Source of the DNA: a virus
Virus record (IMG/VR): IMGVR_UViG_3300045738_001221
Location: 12,367-76,366 of that record
DNA: 64,000 nt
Reading direction: 5' to 3' (one strand)
Translations under genes and position numbers: made by a program
Shown: positions 44,499-54,568 of the stretch, piece by piece
How positions within the stretch are numbered: the first letter of the stretch is position 1
Layout of the letters: every line of letters begins with the position of its first letter
Notes under the pieces: model-generated
Database searches by the model: none
Seen by the model: only the letters and a program-made list of their open reading frames with translations
What the model was told of the DNA's origin: nothing

Positions 44499-46128
44499 AA
44501 AAAAGGTTTTGTTTGTTACCGAATCCCACAAGCTGGCGTCTGGATTTGGAACATATGCAAAACAAGTTCTTCCCAGACTAGCTGCCACGGGCAAATATGA
44601 ATTAGCCGAATTTGCAAGCTATGGCGATTTTAATTCAGTAAATAATTTAGATTGGCTATTCTTTAGCAACTCGCCCAACACTGACGAAGAGAGAAAGCTT
44701 TTCGACCAACACCCAGCAAATCACTTTGGTTTGTGGAGATTCGATAAGGTCGTAATGCACTTTCAGCCTGACATAGTTATTACATACAGAGACCCTTGGA
44801 TGGATCAGTGGATATCTCAATCTGCAAATCGTCCCTATTTCCATTGGGTCTGGATGCCGACAGTGGACTCTGCGCCACAGCGGAGAAAGTGGATAGAAAA
44901 TTTTGGGGAGTGTGATGCTCTGTTTGCATATTCTGAATTCGGGGCCAAAACACTACTGGAACAATCCAACAACAAGCTAAACGTTATAGGGTGCGCTTCT
45001 CCAGCTATAGATCCAACCGTTTACAAGCCGGTTCCAAGCAAAAAAAGCCTACGAAGATCTCTTGGAATTGATCCAGAAATAAACATTGTTGGAACCGTCA
45101 TGAGGAACCAAAAAAGGAAGCTGTTTCTAGAGCTTATGAGATCCTTTAGAATGTTCTTGGACAACGCAGACCCCGAGATAACAAAAAAAACGTTTCTATA
45201 TCTACATACAAGCTATCCAGAAAAGGCGGGGTGGGACATATCAGCGGGGGTGCAGGAGTTTGGCCTTCAGAATAAAGTTTTGACTACTTACATTTGCCGG
45301 GCATGCTCTCGTTTTTCTTGTGCCTTATTTCAGGATGCCATTACCACATGCAAGCACTGCAACGCTCGTTCAGCGGTCATGCCCAGTGTGGCACTAGGGC
45401 TTGAAATACCGGACTTAATAAAAATATACAATCTGTTTGATCTTTATGTTCAATATGCTATATGCGAAGGCTTTGGAATGCCACAAGTCGAGGCCGCCGC
45501 CTGCGGCGTTCCGGTCGCCGCTGTGAATTATAGCGCAATGGAAGATGTAATCAAGTTTACCAAGGGATATCCCATAAGGGTAAAGAGCTTATATAGAGAA
45601 ATAGAGACTGGGGCCGACCGAGCGCACCCAGATAACGAACACTTTGCAAAAATTCTAGCAGAACATTTTTCTCTGTCGGAAAGCAAAAGAAACAAGAAAA
45701 TGCTAGAAACAAGAAGAGCAACCCTCAAGAGATACAACTGGGATCAAACGACCAAAGTGTGGGAAGACTATATTGATTCCTATATACCCACGGGCACTCA
45801 AGGCAGGTGGGACGCCCCATACATACACCTTGATATCCCAGAAAAAAGGCCGGAGGAGCTAGCCCCCGAGAACTTGGTTAGGTGGTGCTATGGCACCCTT
45901 CTGAAAGATCCGCAGGCTGCATACTCTTATGAGGCAATTGAACTTACGCAGTCCCTTGCTTTTGGTGCGCACGTAGAGAGCCTAGAGCCCTTTACCGTTA
46001 ATAGCGTTTGGGAAATAATGATTCAAAAGGCTAGGAATAAGCTGCTTTGTGAACAAATAAGGACAGGGCAGCAGAAAATGGTTGTTGATGAATTCATCAA
46101 GCAAGCCTACCAAAGGAGAAAACAATAA
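44491..46128 (+). CDS. GT4 glycosyltransferase with inserted zinc ribbon
   Basis: SGFG, RNQKRK, CRAC..CKHC, EGFGMPQVEAAACG. Confidence 0.88.
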   Translation: MSKKKVLFVTESHKLASGFGTYAKQVLPRLAATGKYELAEFASYGDFNSVNNLDWLFFSNSPNTDEERKLFDQHPANHFGLWRFDKVVMHFQPDIVITYRDPWMDQWISQSANRPYFHWVWMPTVDSAPQRRKWIENFGECDALFAYSEFGAKTLLEQSNNKLNVIGCASPAIDPTVYKPVPSKKSLRRSLGIDPEINIVGTVMRNQKRKLFLELMRSFRMFLDNADPEITKKTFLYLHTSYPEKAGWDISAGVQEFGLQNKVLTTYICRACSRFSCALFQDAITTCKHCNARSAVMPSVALGLEIPDLIKIYNLFDLYVQYAICEGFGMPQVEAAACGVPVAAVNYSAMEDVIKFTKGYPIRVKSLYREIETGADRAHPDNEHFAKILAEHFSLSESKRNKKMLETRRATLKRYNWDQTTKVWEDYIDSYIPTGTQGRWDAPYIHLDIPEKRPEELAPENLVRWCYGTLLKDPQAAYSYEAIELTQSLAFGAHVESLEPFTVNSVWEIMIQKARNKLLCEQIRTGQQKMVVDEFIKQAYQRRKQ

Positions 46129-47177
46129 TGGACATTCTTTTCATTGGTCCTTACAGGCAATCCGACGCATGGGGAGCATCCAGCCGAAGCCTAATCAAGT
46201 CCATGTCTCTTATTGAAGGGGCAGACTTAACTACTAGGCCAATATTTTTGTCAGACAGTATCGAGTCCAGTCTCGACCCGAGCATTTTTAAATTTGAGTC
46301 AAATAAAAAGGCAAGCTATGACGTTTTGGTTCAACACATGCTCCCTCCTTACATGATATATAGCGGGGATTTTAACAGCGTTGTTGGCATTGCAAACTTT
46401 GAAACGAAAGGGAACAGCCAGTGGGATAGCCATCTTCACCTTCTTGACAAGATACTTGTATCGACTAAAGCTGAAAGACAGTGCGTGTCAGACAATTTAA
46501 GGGAAAAAACCTACTCGATAGGGGTTGCCCAAGAGTCCGACTCTACCAAAAAGAATCCAGCAACCGACAGGTTCGCTTTCTATTCCATAGGAGGAGGCCT
46601 AGAGAGCCGGGGAGGGGCAAGGGAAAGCCTTCAAGCTTACCTTACAGAGTTTCATTTAAACGAAAATGTAAGCTTTATACTGCAAGCAAATGATCCAGAA
46701 AGGGCGCAGCTTCTAATTAATGAAGTAACACAAGAGGTGGGCCTTTATGGACTACCCTACTACCCCCACGTACATCTGGTAGAAAGCGAAAGCGACCTTC
46801 ACGATAACTGCCATTGCTTTGTAGATGTAGCCTGTTCTATAGGATTTAATCCGGAAACCGCCAAGGCTCTCCTAAAGGGAAATGCTCCTATAGTTCTTAG
46901 AAACTCAGGTAGAGACGAATATGTAAACGACGAAAACGGTTCTATCGTAGATTCCTTTGAGGATATTTTAATATGCCCAGACCGACCTTTGAGAGATATA
47001 TTTACTGCTAGAGAAAGTTGCGTTAGGCCCAATATCACATCCTTGATGAAGGCCATGAGGGAGAGCTTTGATAACAAAATTGGACTTCTTAGAAAGTCAA
47101 GAAAGGGGAGTGAGTCGAAGGAGGCACTGTCCCACCAGAGGCAATCCAAAACAATTGAGGAAATACTATGCTCATAA
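46128..47177 (+). CDS. divergent GT-B glycosyltransferase-like protein
   Basis: AYLTEF, HDNCHCFV, GF....ALLKG resemble a degenerate GT4 core. Confidence 0.6.
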   Translation: MDILFIGPYRQSDAWGASSRSLIKSMSLIEGADLTTRPIFLSDSIESSLDPSIFKFESNKKASYDVLVQHMLPPYMIYSGDFNSVVGIANFETKGNSQWDSHLHLLDKILVSTKAERQCVSDNLREKTYSIGVAQESDSTKKNPATDRFAFYSIGGGLESRGGARESLQAYLTEFHLNENVSFILQANDPERAQLLINEVTQEVGLYGLPYYPHVHLVESESDLHDNCHCFVDVACSIGFNPETAKALLKGNAPIVLRNSGRDEYVNDENGSIVDSFEDILICPDRPLRDIFTARESCVRPNITSLMKAMRESFDNKIGLLRKSRKGSESKEALSHQRQSKTIEEILCS

Positions 47178-48130
47178 CCTCCAACATAATAAGATCCGCT
47201 ACCAGAGCTTCTGATAGCCGACCCAAATGTATATCTTTTTGCAGAGAAAACGAAAAGTATCTAAAGCTCTTGTCTAAGTGTGACTGCGATATTTATGTGG
47301 TTAAGTACGAAGGGCTATCCGACTGGAAAGAGTCTATTACGAGTTCGCCCGAAAACCTGTTTGTGCTAAATAAAGAGTTACATGAGTGCAATATTTCATT
47401 CTTTGATTTTGTAATATGCAATGGGAGGCTCCAAGAATTCGATGTAGCAGACAGCCTTGCAGCCTCCCTACACGTCCCCCTCATTACGGTGGACCACGTA
47501 GGCAAGGGTATCTTCCAAAAACTTCCTCTACATTCGTCTGTTTCACCTCCGATACCCCTAGAATCAAGAGTGGGAAAAATAAATGTAGCCTTGTCGGATG
47601 ACATTAAAAAGTCTTGGGAAGCATCTACATACGGAATATCTATTACAATACCAACAACCGTTGACAGTCGTTTCTTTGAAAAGAAAAAAAAGGAAAAAGA
47701 GTTTCTTTTAGACAATAATGTCCCAATGGAAATCATGACACACCTTCAGGGGCTTGTTAGTGAGTTCAATTGCTCTCCACGATTTTATCCAGACAAACAA
47801 GAAGACCCTCTAGATTTTAAGTTTTATATAAATACTTGGAATAACATTGACAATAAAACATTAGAGGCCATGGCCGCTGGATGTATCTCCCTATCCCCCC
47901 GTACTCCCGAGACAGAAAGAATAATCACACATGAGGAAAACGGTCTTTTATTCTCGGACACACAAGACCTGAGAACCCTAATGGAAGATTGTAAAAATGG
48001 TAAGTATGCCGAAGTTGGAGACAACGCCCGAGAGCACGTATCAAATATTTGTTTAGACGAAGAAACGTTTATTAAGAAATGGAAGCAAGTTTTCTCTTAC
48101 GCTTCCGACTCTTTTTTTATGAGGAATTAA
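47168..48130 (+). CDS. GT-B glycosyltransferase-like protein
   Basis: FYINT, LEAMAAGC, IITHEENGLL. Confidence 0.7.
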   Translation: MLITSNIIRSATRASDSRPKCISFCRENEKYLKLLSKCDCDIYVVKYEGLSDWKESITSSPENLFVLNKELHECNISFFDFVICNGRLQEFDVADSLAASLHVPLITVDHVGKGIFQKLPLHSSVSPPIPLESRVGKINVALSDDIKKSWEASTYGISITIPTTVDSRFFEKKKKEKEFLLDNNVPMEIMTHLQGLVSEFNCSPRFYPDKQEDPLDFKFYINTWNNIDNKTLEAMAAGCISLSPRTPETERIITHEENGLLFSDTQDLRTLMEDCKNGKYAEVGDNAREHVSNICLDEETFIKKWKQVFSYASDSFFMRN

Positions 48131-48131
48131 A

Positions 48132-48548
48132 ATGAAAGCCATTGTTTATGTAGACGGAAAATCCTCTCCACCGTTCGAGAATGAAAAAGAATCTATCTCG
48201 CTAGTTAACAGTCTAGAAATAGATTCGCTACCAGATGCCGTTTTTGAAGAGGTAGAACTACTAGATGTTCTTGAATTTAGCGATGAGCCAAACATACTAG
48301 AGATAGCTATCAAGAAAATCCGTCACGGAGGCACATTAAAGATAACAGGAACAGACGCGTTGCAGGTAATAAAGGGCGCTGCCTTTGGACTGTGCGATCT
48401 CCAGCACGCTTCGGAAGCACTGCTTAATGGTCGTAACAAGCTTGTTTCTGCTCACGATTTAAAGAACAAGCTTTCTTCATTCGGATTAAATGTGTCCTTG
48501 GTTGGAATAGTTGGCTATAAATATATTGTGGAGGCCCAGAGACAATGA
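48132..48548 (+). CDS. degenerate SAM-methyltransferase-like protein
   Basis: DVLEF...KKIRHGGTLKI. Confidence 0.45.
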   Translation: MKAIVYVDGKSSPPFENEKESISLVNSLEIDSLPDAVFEEVELLDVLEFSDEPNILEIAIKKIRHGGTLKITGTDALQVIKGAAFGLCDLQHASEALLNGRNKLVSAHDLKNKLSSFGLNVSLVGIVGYKYIVEAQRQ

Positions 48549-49378
48549 AAAAAAATAAAATACATATAGCGGAACCCACAATAAACGAACTGCACACGGC
48601 CTGCTTGGGCTGTGTATTTTCCATAAAGGACAAACAAACCCAGACTGGGTGTGAATTCAACCGACTGGAGGTCTACAGAAAGGTTGGGGCTGACATAATT
48701 AAGGCCTATGACGCTCACAACAATGAGTTTAACGTGATAAACATGCGTATTTGTATGTACAAGCGGGGAGAAGAGTGGGGATCAGAAGTACCAAAGTCTG
48801 AGAGAGAGGAAACGGTTCTCAGGGAACTGCGCATCAAATACCATGCCATGATTTATTTTGGGGAGAACGACCCCCTAGAAGGTCTAGATAGATCTATGGT
48901 GTCTCTGGAGAATCAAGAAAACCCCCCACGAGTTGTGAGCATTATAAATAAAAGGAAAGACATCTCCCAAAAAAAACTTGTGGAACATATATCGGCCGCT
49001 GATTATAAAAAGATTGAGTGGCGTCTTCAAACGTTTTTTGATGAAGAGATGGCAGATCGAGAATGCGTTGACATGGTTATCGACAACACAAAGAATGATT
49101 ATAAAATAATATTTTATATTTGTTTTAATTCTGGATTTGAGATTCCTAGCGTCCTTAGTCAAGAGTTACAAAAGTTTTTTGTAGAAGACATGAGTCGTGC
49201 GGGATATGCCCATCCCACCAAAGAAGGTAATGGGGAATTGGTCAATTCTGTTTTGCATCTTAAGCACGGTGGAAATTGCTTCAACATACCTATCGTAGAA
49301 AAACTCAAAGAATTTGAAGAAGGAGCTGAAGAGTATATACTTAATATAGAAGACATATGTCCAAGCTTAAAAATATAG
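48545..49378 (+). CDS. hypothetical protein (Cys-rich N-terminus, possible GT-A remnant)
   Basis: CLGCVF..QTGC..RL; operon position. Confidence 0.55.
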   Translation: MKKNKIHIAEPTINELHTACLGCVFSIKDKQTQTGCEFNRLEVYRKVGADIIKAYDAHNNEFNVINMRICMYKRGEEWGSEVPKSEREETVLRELRIKYHAMIYFGENDPLEGLDRSMVSLENQENPPRVVSIINKRKDISQKKLVEHISAADYKKIEWRLQTFFDEEMADRECVDMVIDNTKNDYKIIFYICFNSGFEIPSVLSQELQKFFVEDMSRAGYAHPTKEGNGELVNSVLHLKHGGNCFNIPIVEKLKEFEEGAEEYILNIEDICPSLKI

Positions 49379-49749
49379 GGGTGGTGAGTCACGTATTGAG
49401 GTTGCCAATGCAAGACTACAGCAACATCATTACATATTATAATTTACAAAATGAAGATGAAATGCTGATAAAGATTTTTAATAGTCCGACATTTGATATT
49501 TTTGGATATCTGCCGCCCGGATTTTTCTTTTCAATGCCCGACAACACCCAAAAAATTATGGATGCATTTAATAAAGAGGAAAATTTGAATGTTGTTTTTG
49601 CAAGCAACGAGCAAGACGTAAGGCCGTTCTTCATAAATAAAAGGACTACTAGATCAAAGGTTTTTTCTATTAATGATATCTTAGATATTGCCAATGATAA
49701 AAATCTAAACAGAAGGGTGGTAAACGCTAAATTTATTTATGAGCATTAG
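49357..49749 (+). CDS. hypothetical protein
   Basis: Fills the operon gap. Confidence 0.5.
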   Translation: MSKLKNIGVVSHVLRLPMQDYSNIITYYNLQNEDEMLIKIFNSPTFDIFGYLPPGFFFSMPDNTQKIMDAFNKEENLNVVFASNEQDVRPFFINKRTTRSKVFSINDILDIANDKNLNRRVVNAKFIYEH

Positions 49750-50461
49750 ACATACTAAAAAAATAAAGAAGGCGCTCAAGACCATTGGCGACCTAGATAT
49801 ATTGATACCGGCAGCGGGCCTTGGAAAAAGAATGAAATCTTACGGGCCCAAGTCATTAATAACAATAAAGTACGGGCAGAGCATATTAGGGAGGCAACTC
49901 TATCTTATAGATAGTTCTTTCAAAGATTATAATCTTGTGCTTGTTTGTGGGTTTCAGGCCGACAAACTAATGGAAAGCTCTCCAGCAGAAATAATAAAGG
50001 TAGAAAACGAACTATACGAAAGCACAAACGTTTGCAGAAGCATAGGCTTAGGACTTAGGTCTATACCACGAACAAAGAGACTTTTAATAATAAATGGGGA
50101 CTTGGTGTTTACTGAGAATACAATTGGCTCCATGAGTTACGATGGCTCTTGTGTGTTTGTATCAAAACAATCCATGAATGACGGTGAGGTGGGGTGCATT
50201 ATAAACTCAAAGAGCAACTTGGAGAATTTGATGTATGACCTCCCCACTAAATGGTGTCAAATTGCTTACTTTGAGGGAAAGGAGCTTGAAGCCCTAAAGG
50301 ATATTGCTTGGGACAGGAACAATAAAAAGCTTTTTGCTTTTGAAGTAATAAATAAAATAATTGATCGTGGAGGGATATTTAAATGTATTGATAATCCTGC
50401 TGCAAAAGTGGTGGATGTAGATACGTCTAAAGACATAAAAAGAGCGAGGGAAATAATATGA
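49739..50461 (+). CDS. nucleotidyltransferase (LicC/NTP_transf_3-like)
   Basis: IPAAGLGKRMKSYGPKSLI, INGDLVF, DVDTSKD. Confidence 0.85.
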   Translation: MSIRHTKKIKKALKTIGDLDILIPAAGLGKRMKSYGPKSLITIKYGQSILGRQLYLIDSSFKDYNLVLVCGFQADKLMESSPAEIIKVENELYESTNVCRSIGLGLRSIPRTKRLLIINGDLVFTENTIGSMSYDGSCVFVSKQSMNDGEVGCIINSKSNLENLMYDLPTKWCQIAYFEGKELEALKDIAWDRNNKKLFAFEVINKIIDRGGIFKCIDNPAAKVVDVDTSKDIKRAREII

Positions 50462-51252
50462 AGATACTTGTGCAAGCAAAGATTGGCAGGATTGGAGACG
50501 GCATAGCCTCTTCCTTATCGTGGGTTCCGGATTTCCACGTCTCTCAGTGGAGTCGTGAGGAAAAACCGATTATGGATATGTTTGACGAGGTCTCCCCGGA
50601 TTTTTTGATCGTAACATCTGATGTGCTGGACGACAAGGCTTTTAAAATAGCTTCAGGAAGATACCCCCAGACAAAAATTATTTCTGTCGGAGAAGTTAAC
50701 AACTCAACGGGGGCCCATTTAAGCATATGCAAGAAAGGCTCTCCCCATCTTCCCTCCATTGTTTTTGAAGACGGTGCCATGCTGGGCAGAATAGGAAGTC
50801 CGGCCCCAGAACCGTCGCTAGCGTCTGACGTACTGTGCATAACAGACTACATAGAAGGCAACTCAGAAGAGATTGGAATTTTGCAGTTTCTTTGCTCAAA
50901 TTATAACACTAAAATATTCGGAAATCTCCACGTAAGCGTTCCTAGTTATCTTGGCATCGTCTCTGATCAAGTGAGGGCAAGCGCAATGGCATCTACAAGG
51001 GTTTATGTTGATTTGGATGGGGGATCACACTACGACCTAGAGTGGCTAAGGAAGAATACGATATCTAAGTTTGAGAATATTCTTGACCTTAAGGGCAAAA
51101 TAGATGCGGCGCTGAAAAAGGGGGATCAGGAAATATATAGAATATCTGTAAAAAACCAAACATACTTTGATTTATGCAGTCAAATACTGGGTTTCTTCGG
51201 GCTAGAAAAAGAAAGCGCCCATCTTATAAAAAAGAAAGGAGAGCTATCGTGA
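50458..51252 (+). CDS. hypothetical protein, possible degenerate glycosyltransferase
   Basis: Operon ORF; weak GT-B-like pattern. Confidence 0.5.
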   Translation: MKILVQAKIGRIGDGIASSLSWVPDFHVSQWSREEKPIMDMFDEVSPDFLIVTSDVLDDKAFKIASGRYPQTKIISVGEVNNSTGAHLSICKKGSPHLPSIVFEDGAMLGRIGSPAPEPSLASDVLCITDYIEGNSEEIGILQFLCSNYNTKIFGNLHVSVPSYLGIVSDQVRASAMASTRVYVDLDGGSHYDLEWLRKNTISKFENILDLKGKIDAALKKGDQEIYRISVKNQTYFDLCSQILGFFGLEKESAHLIKKKGELS

Positions 51253-51665
51253 TAGGTATACTACTGGGACATGCATTTGATGACCATGTTGTTGAGAGCA
51301 TCTACAAGAATAACGAAGACTATTGTCTGTTTAGCACGGGGGCGGTTTCGCAAAAGTATCCCGTACCCTATCTGCAAACCTTGCGCATTTATGACTTTGC
51401 GGGCACTGTAATTTCCACAGACATACCAACTTCGATACTCACGTCTAAGCTTAAAATGCCATCCAAGAAATACTTTTACATTAGATCTTTGGAGTGGGTT
51501 GGATTTCAGCCCCTTATGTATGAAGAACTAAAAAGTATTTATCTTAATGAAGAGCTAGAGCTTATTGTATCTAATAAAAAAGACTATGATCTTATCAAAA
51601 ATCTATTTAGAGAACCGAAATATATTGTAAAAGACTGGAATTTTAGTGAGATAAAAAATGATTAA
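51249..51665 (+). CDS. hypothetical protein
   Basis: AAGGAG RBS, GTG 51249; KKYFYIRSLEW. Confidence 0.55.
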   Translation: MIGILLGHAFDDHVVESIYKNNEDYCLFSTGAVSQKYPVPYLQTLRIYDFAGTVISTDIPTSILTSKLKMPSKKYFYIRSLEWVGFQPLMYEELKSIYLNEELELIVSNKKDYDLIKNLFREPKYIVKDWNFSEIKND

Positions 51666-52458
51666 AAAAAATGAATTGTATTGGAGACTATCAGACAAAG
51701 AAAGAAAGATTTTTTTGTTGGACGCCTATCACGAAAAAAAGATGAGCTGGCTTAGTATCTCAAAGGAGCTGTCAACATATCCTAACAAGGTCAGAAGGGA
51801 GGCCAAGAGGCTCGGCATACAGTCTAGAGATAAAAGCTCGGCCCAAAGAGAGGCCTTGAATCAAGGAAGGTCTGAACACCCAACGGAGGGAAGAGAGCGT
51901 AGCGAAGAAACAAAGCTGAAAATCAGCAATAGCCAAGGTCGTGTATGGGATGAACTTACGGATCAAGAGAGAAGTCAAAGATCTGCGGTTGCAAGAGAGT
52001 CTTGGGATAAAAAAAGCGAAGAAGAAAAAAGAAATATTATAAGCAAAGGAAGCGATGCTATAAGGAAAGCCTCGAAGGAGGGATCAAAGCTGGAAAAATT
52101 TATACTTGGCGAGCTGACAAAAAGAAACTATAGGGTACAATTCCATAAGGAACATTGGCTAAAAAACCAGAAGTTGGAAACTGATCTCTTTATTGAGGAC
52201 TTGAGAACTGCCATAGAAATAGACGGCCCCTCCCACTTTGAGCCGGTCTGGGGTGAAGAAAACTTAAGAAGAAACCAGAGGTCTGACTTAGAGAAAACGG
52301 GTCTCATATTAGAACAAGGCTTAGTTCTTATAAGGATTAGACAAAGAAAGAGGATCTCTAATAGATACTTACGCAGCGTTCTTGAAGAGTTACTTAAGGT
52401 AATAAACAAGATTGAGGAAAAATTTCCAAAGGAAAATAAGAGGTATATAGAAATATGA
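51658..52458 (+). CDS. homing-endonuclease-like protein (HTH + NUMOD3-like + Vsr/DUF559 nuclease)
   Basis: GRERSEETKLKIS; SKLE, DLFI...AIEIDGPSHF, K...ILEQGLVLIRI. Confidence 0.7.
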   Translation: MIKKNELYWRLSDKERKIFLLDAYHEKKMSWLSISKELSTYPNKVRREAKRLGIQSRDKSSAQREALNQGRSEHPTEGRERSEETKLKISNSQGRVWDELTDQERSQRSAVARESWDKKSEEEKRNIISKGSDAIRKASKEGSKLEKFILGELTKRNYRVQFHKEHWLKNQKLETDLFIEDLRTAIEIDGPSHFEPVWGEENLRRNQRSDLEKTGLILEQGLVLIRIRQRKRISNRYLRSVLEELLKVINKIEEKFPKENKRYIEI

Positions 52459-53195
52459 GTAAAAAAAGCGATTTCGACCAAGTTGTAGCCGAGGTTCAGG
52501 AAGAAGCAATCCTCGAAAAGGAAGAGGGCGACGAAAAGCCCCCATGTCCCCACGATCCCAGTTGGAGTGAATATGTCCTAGATCACCTTTCTGATAGCGA
52601 ACTCAAGGAGGGCAACCCAACCGTAGATGGCCTAAGGCGTGTCACGGAAGTTGTTTTTGGTGATATTCTTTCCTCCGTAAGTGACATCCATGACTATGAT
52701 TCCGGGCGTGGCATTTGCACAATCAAGCACACCCTGCAAATACGAAGGCATGATACAGGAGATCTGCTAACTGTAGATGGATGTGTAGACGTTAATCGCA
52801 GTAACATACCTCATCCATTCAATCAGCACTTAGTCGCAACTGCCGATACTCGCGCAGAAGGAAAGGCCCTACGGAGGGCTCTTAAGATTCGTGTGGTCAC
52901 GGCAGAGGAAATGCAAAATTCAGCCGAAGACGACCTAATGGCAGCAGAGGAAGACATTACAGATCAACAAATACTTGCAATTAATCAAATGTGCAAGAGG
53001 CTTGATATTAACTTAAAGAAAGCTGTTCAGTCATCTTGTACCGGAGTTAAGTCAGTAAGGGCCGTTAGCAATCTACAGGGCAGAATGTTCCTTGCGTCTC
53101 TATCCGAATATCAGAGAGACACGTCTCTGATTCCAAAGAAATTGACGGGCTATGACTCTAATTGGCGTGAAACATTTGACTCGGGAGGTAAGTAG
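52455..53195 (+). CDS. hypothetical protein, possible single-strand annealing protein
   Basis: ATADTRAEGKALRRAL and ITDQQI resemble ERF/Rad52-type proteins (weak). Confidence 0.45.
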   Translation: MSKKSDFDQVVAEVQEEAILEKEEGDEKPPCPHDPSWSEYVLDHLSDSELKEGNPTVDGLRRVTEVVFGDILSSVSDIHDYDSGRGICTIKHTLQIRRHDTGDLLTVDGCVDVNRSNIPHPFNQHLVATADTRAEGKALRRALKIRVVTAEEMQNSAEDDLMAAEEDITDQQILAINQMCKRLDINLKKAVQSSCTGVKSVRAVSNLQGRMFLASLSEYQRDTSLIPKKLTGYDSNWRETFDSGGK

Positions 53196-53197
53196 AT

Positions 53198-53584
53198 ATG
53201 AAGGCTAGAATTAAAGCATCTAACGATCTGTGGTTTGAGGCAGACGCCGAAACAGAAGAAAAGCTTTTTAAGCAAGTTGCTAGGGTTCAAGAAATCTTTC
53301 AACATAATTCCTGCGGTAAATGCAATTCATTCAATGTGAAGTTTGTATGTAGGTTTGATAGTTCTGAAAATGACTGGCTTGAAATTGTTTGCCAAGACTG
53401 TAGGGGCAAGCTCATTTTTGGTAGAACCAAAAAGGGTGGTCAGATTTATCCTAAGATCAGATGGGATCAGCTTTCTGAAAAGCAGCAAGAGCAAAGGATA
53501 AACGAAAAAAGCTACGCCGAGAAGAATAGGGGATATCTGCCTGATAAGGGGTGGTTCATATATAAGCCACCAGCGGCCTCCTAA
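53198..53584 (+). CDS. hypothetical zinc-ribbon protein
   Basis: GGAGG RBS; CGKC...CQDC. Confidence 0.7.
   Translation: MKARIKASNDLWFEADAETEEKLFKQVARVQEIFQHNSCGKCNSFNVKFVCRFDSSENDWLEIVCQDCRGKLIFGRTKKGGQIYPKIRWDQLSEKQQEQRINEKSYAEKNRGYLPDKGWFIYKPPAAS
53439..53502 (+). repeat. 64-bp dispersed repeat, copy 2
   Basis: Matches 4267-4330 at 62/64. Confidence 0.95.
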
Positions 53585-53605
53585 GGCCCTCTACGCTTAG
53601 TTTTT

Positions 53606-53636
53606 AAAAGAAGAGGGGGTTTATACCCCCTTTTTT
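53606..53636. terminator. bidirectional intrinsic terminator at the convergent junction
   Basis: A-rich run, ggggg-tttata-ccccc, then a T-run. Confidence 0.8.
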
Positions 53637-54117
53637 ATTCCTTTTTATTATTCCTATACGGAAAGAGTTTATTTAGGAATTTTTTGCGCTCTGAGCACCC
53701 ACACCCACCCACGCTTGGAAGTACTTCAAATCTCTCCGGCGTAATTCCTATTATCTTTAGTACCTTTTCTATGGTGTCGCCAAGACCCTCGGAATGTTTT
53801 TCAATGTTGCCTTCGTTGATTCCAACCTTTCCCATTTCCTCAACAAAAACATTTGCCAATCTGTCGTTCGATTCTTTATTCTCATCAAGCATCGGCTCTT
53901 GGGATAGATCTAGGCTCTCTACATTACTTTTTATTTCCGCAGACTCTATTTTTAGTTGCTCTATTCTCTTCCTCTCTTCTTCTGTGAGGTATTCATCAAA
54001 AGACTTCCTATAGTCCTCGCGGGTCTTGCATAGCTTATATAGGTCTACACTCATTTCCCTGTTGTAACGATGGCAAAATCCAGCACCCGAGCATTCACAG
54101 GGGCTGTACTTAGGCAT
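53635..54117 (-). CDS. Cys-motif hypothetical protein (paralog A)
   Basis: CECSGAGFC; GLGDTIEKVL...GIT; GCGC..RKKFLNKLFPY; start taken at MPKYS. Confidence 0.7.
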   Translation of the reverse strand: MPKYSPCECSGAGFCHRYNREMSVDLYKLCKTREDYRKSFDEYLTEEERKRIEQLKIESAEIKSNVESLDLSQEPMLDENKESNDRLANVFVEEMGKVGINEGNIEKHSEGLGDTIEKVLKIIGITPERFEVLPSVGGCGCSERKKFLNKLFPYRNNKKE

Positions 54118-54568
54118 CTTCCTTGGCTCCATAGGGGAAAATCTTGTTAAGCCATACCTTCCTTTTATCACAATTACAGTTACCACCCGTAGCCTTTGAA
54201 ATTACTTCTTCAGTTATACCAAATGCCGCCAAAACTTTTGACACCGTATCCCCGAGCCCCTTGGATTTTTTATCTTCTAGTCCTATTCCTTTGCTCTGTA
54301 GGGACAATATGGCATTGTCTACCTTAGCCTTTGCCGACTGCTCGGTAAGCTTTTTCTGGTAGGCTGCATTATCTTGTTCAGTATCTCTTCTCTTAACTGA
54401 CTCAAGAAACCAATCACGATCAGATTGAGAGTTTTGACATCTACGGTGTAGATTTTTAGACATTTTCAACATAAAAAGCTGGCATTCTCCGGGGGTATCA
54501 CACACACATTCAGAAAGACCGTTTTTATAAATTTCCTGCCTCTCTTCTCTGGTTACTTTTCTATTCAT
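54110..54568 (-). CDS. Cys-motif hypothetical protein (paralog B)
   Basis: CVCDTPGEC; GLGDTVSKVL...GIT; NCNC..RKVWLNKIFPY. Confidence 0.7.
   Translation of the reverse strand: MNRKVTREERQEIYKNGLSECVCDTPGECQLFMLKMSKNLHRRCQNSQSDRDWFLESVKRRDTEQDNAAYQKKLTEQSAKAKVDNAILSLQSKGIGLEDKKSKGLGDTVSKVLAAFGITEEVISKATGGNCNCDKRKVWLNKIFPYGAKEDA

Noticed and set aside
39221-51256. Similar gene junctions ggaga(a/g)ctatcgtgatag at ~39224 and ~51238
   Set aside because: Explained by an RBS plus GTGA start/stop coupling; too short to call a repeat element.
4267-53502. Diversity-generating retroelement TR/VR pair
   Set aside because: The two mismatches are not consistently at adenines of one copy, and no reverse transcriptase is present in the window.
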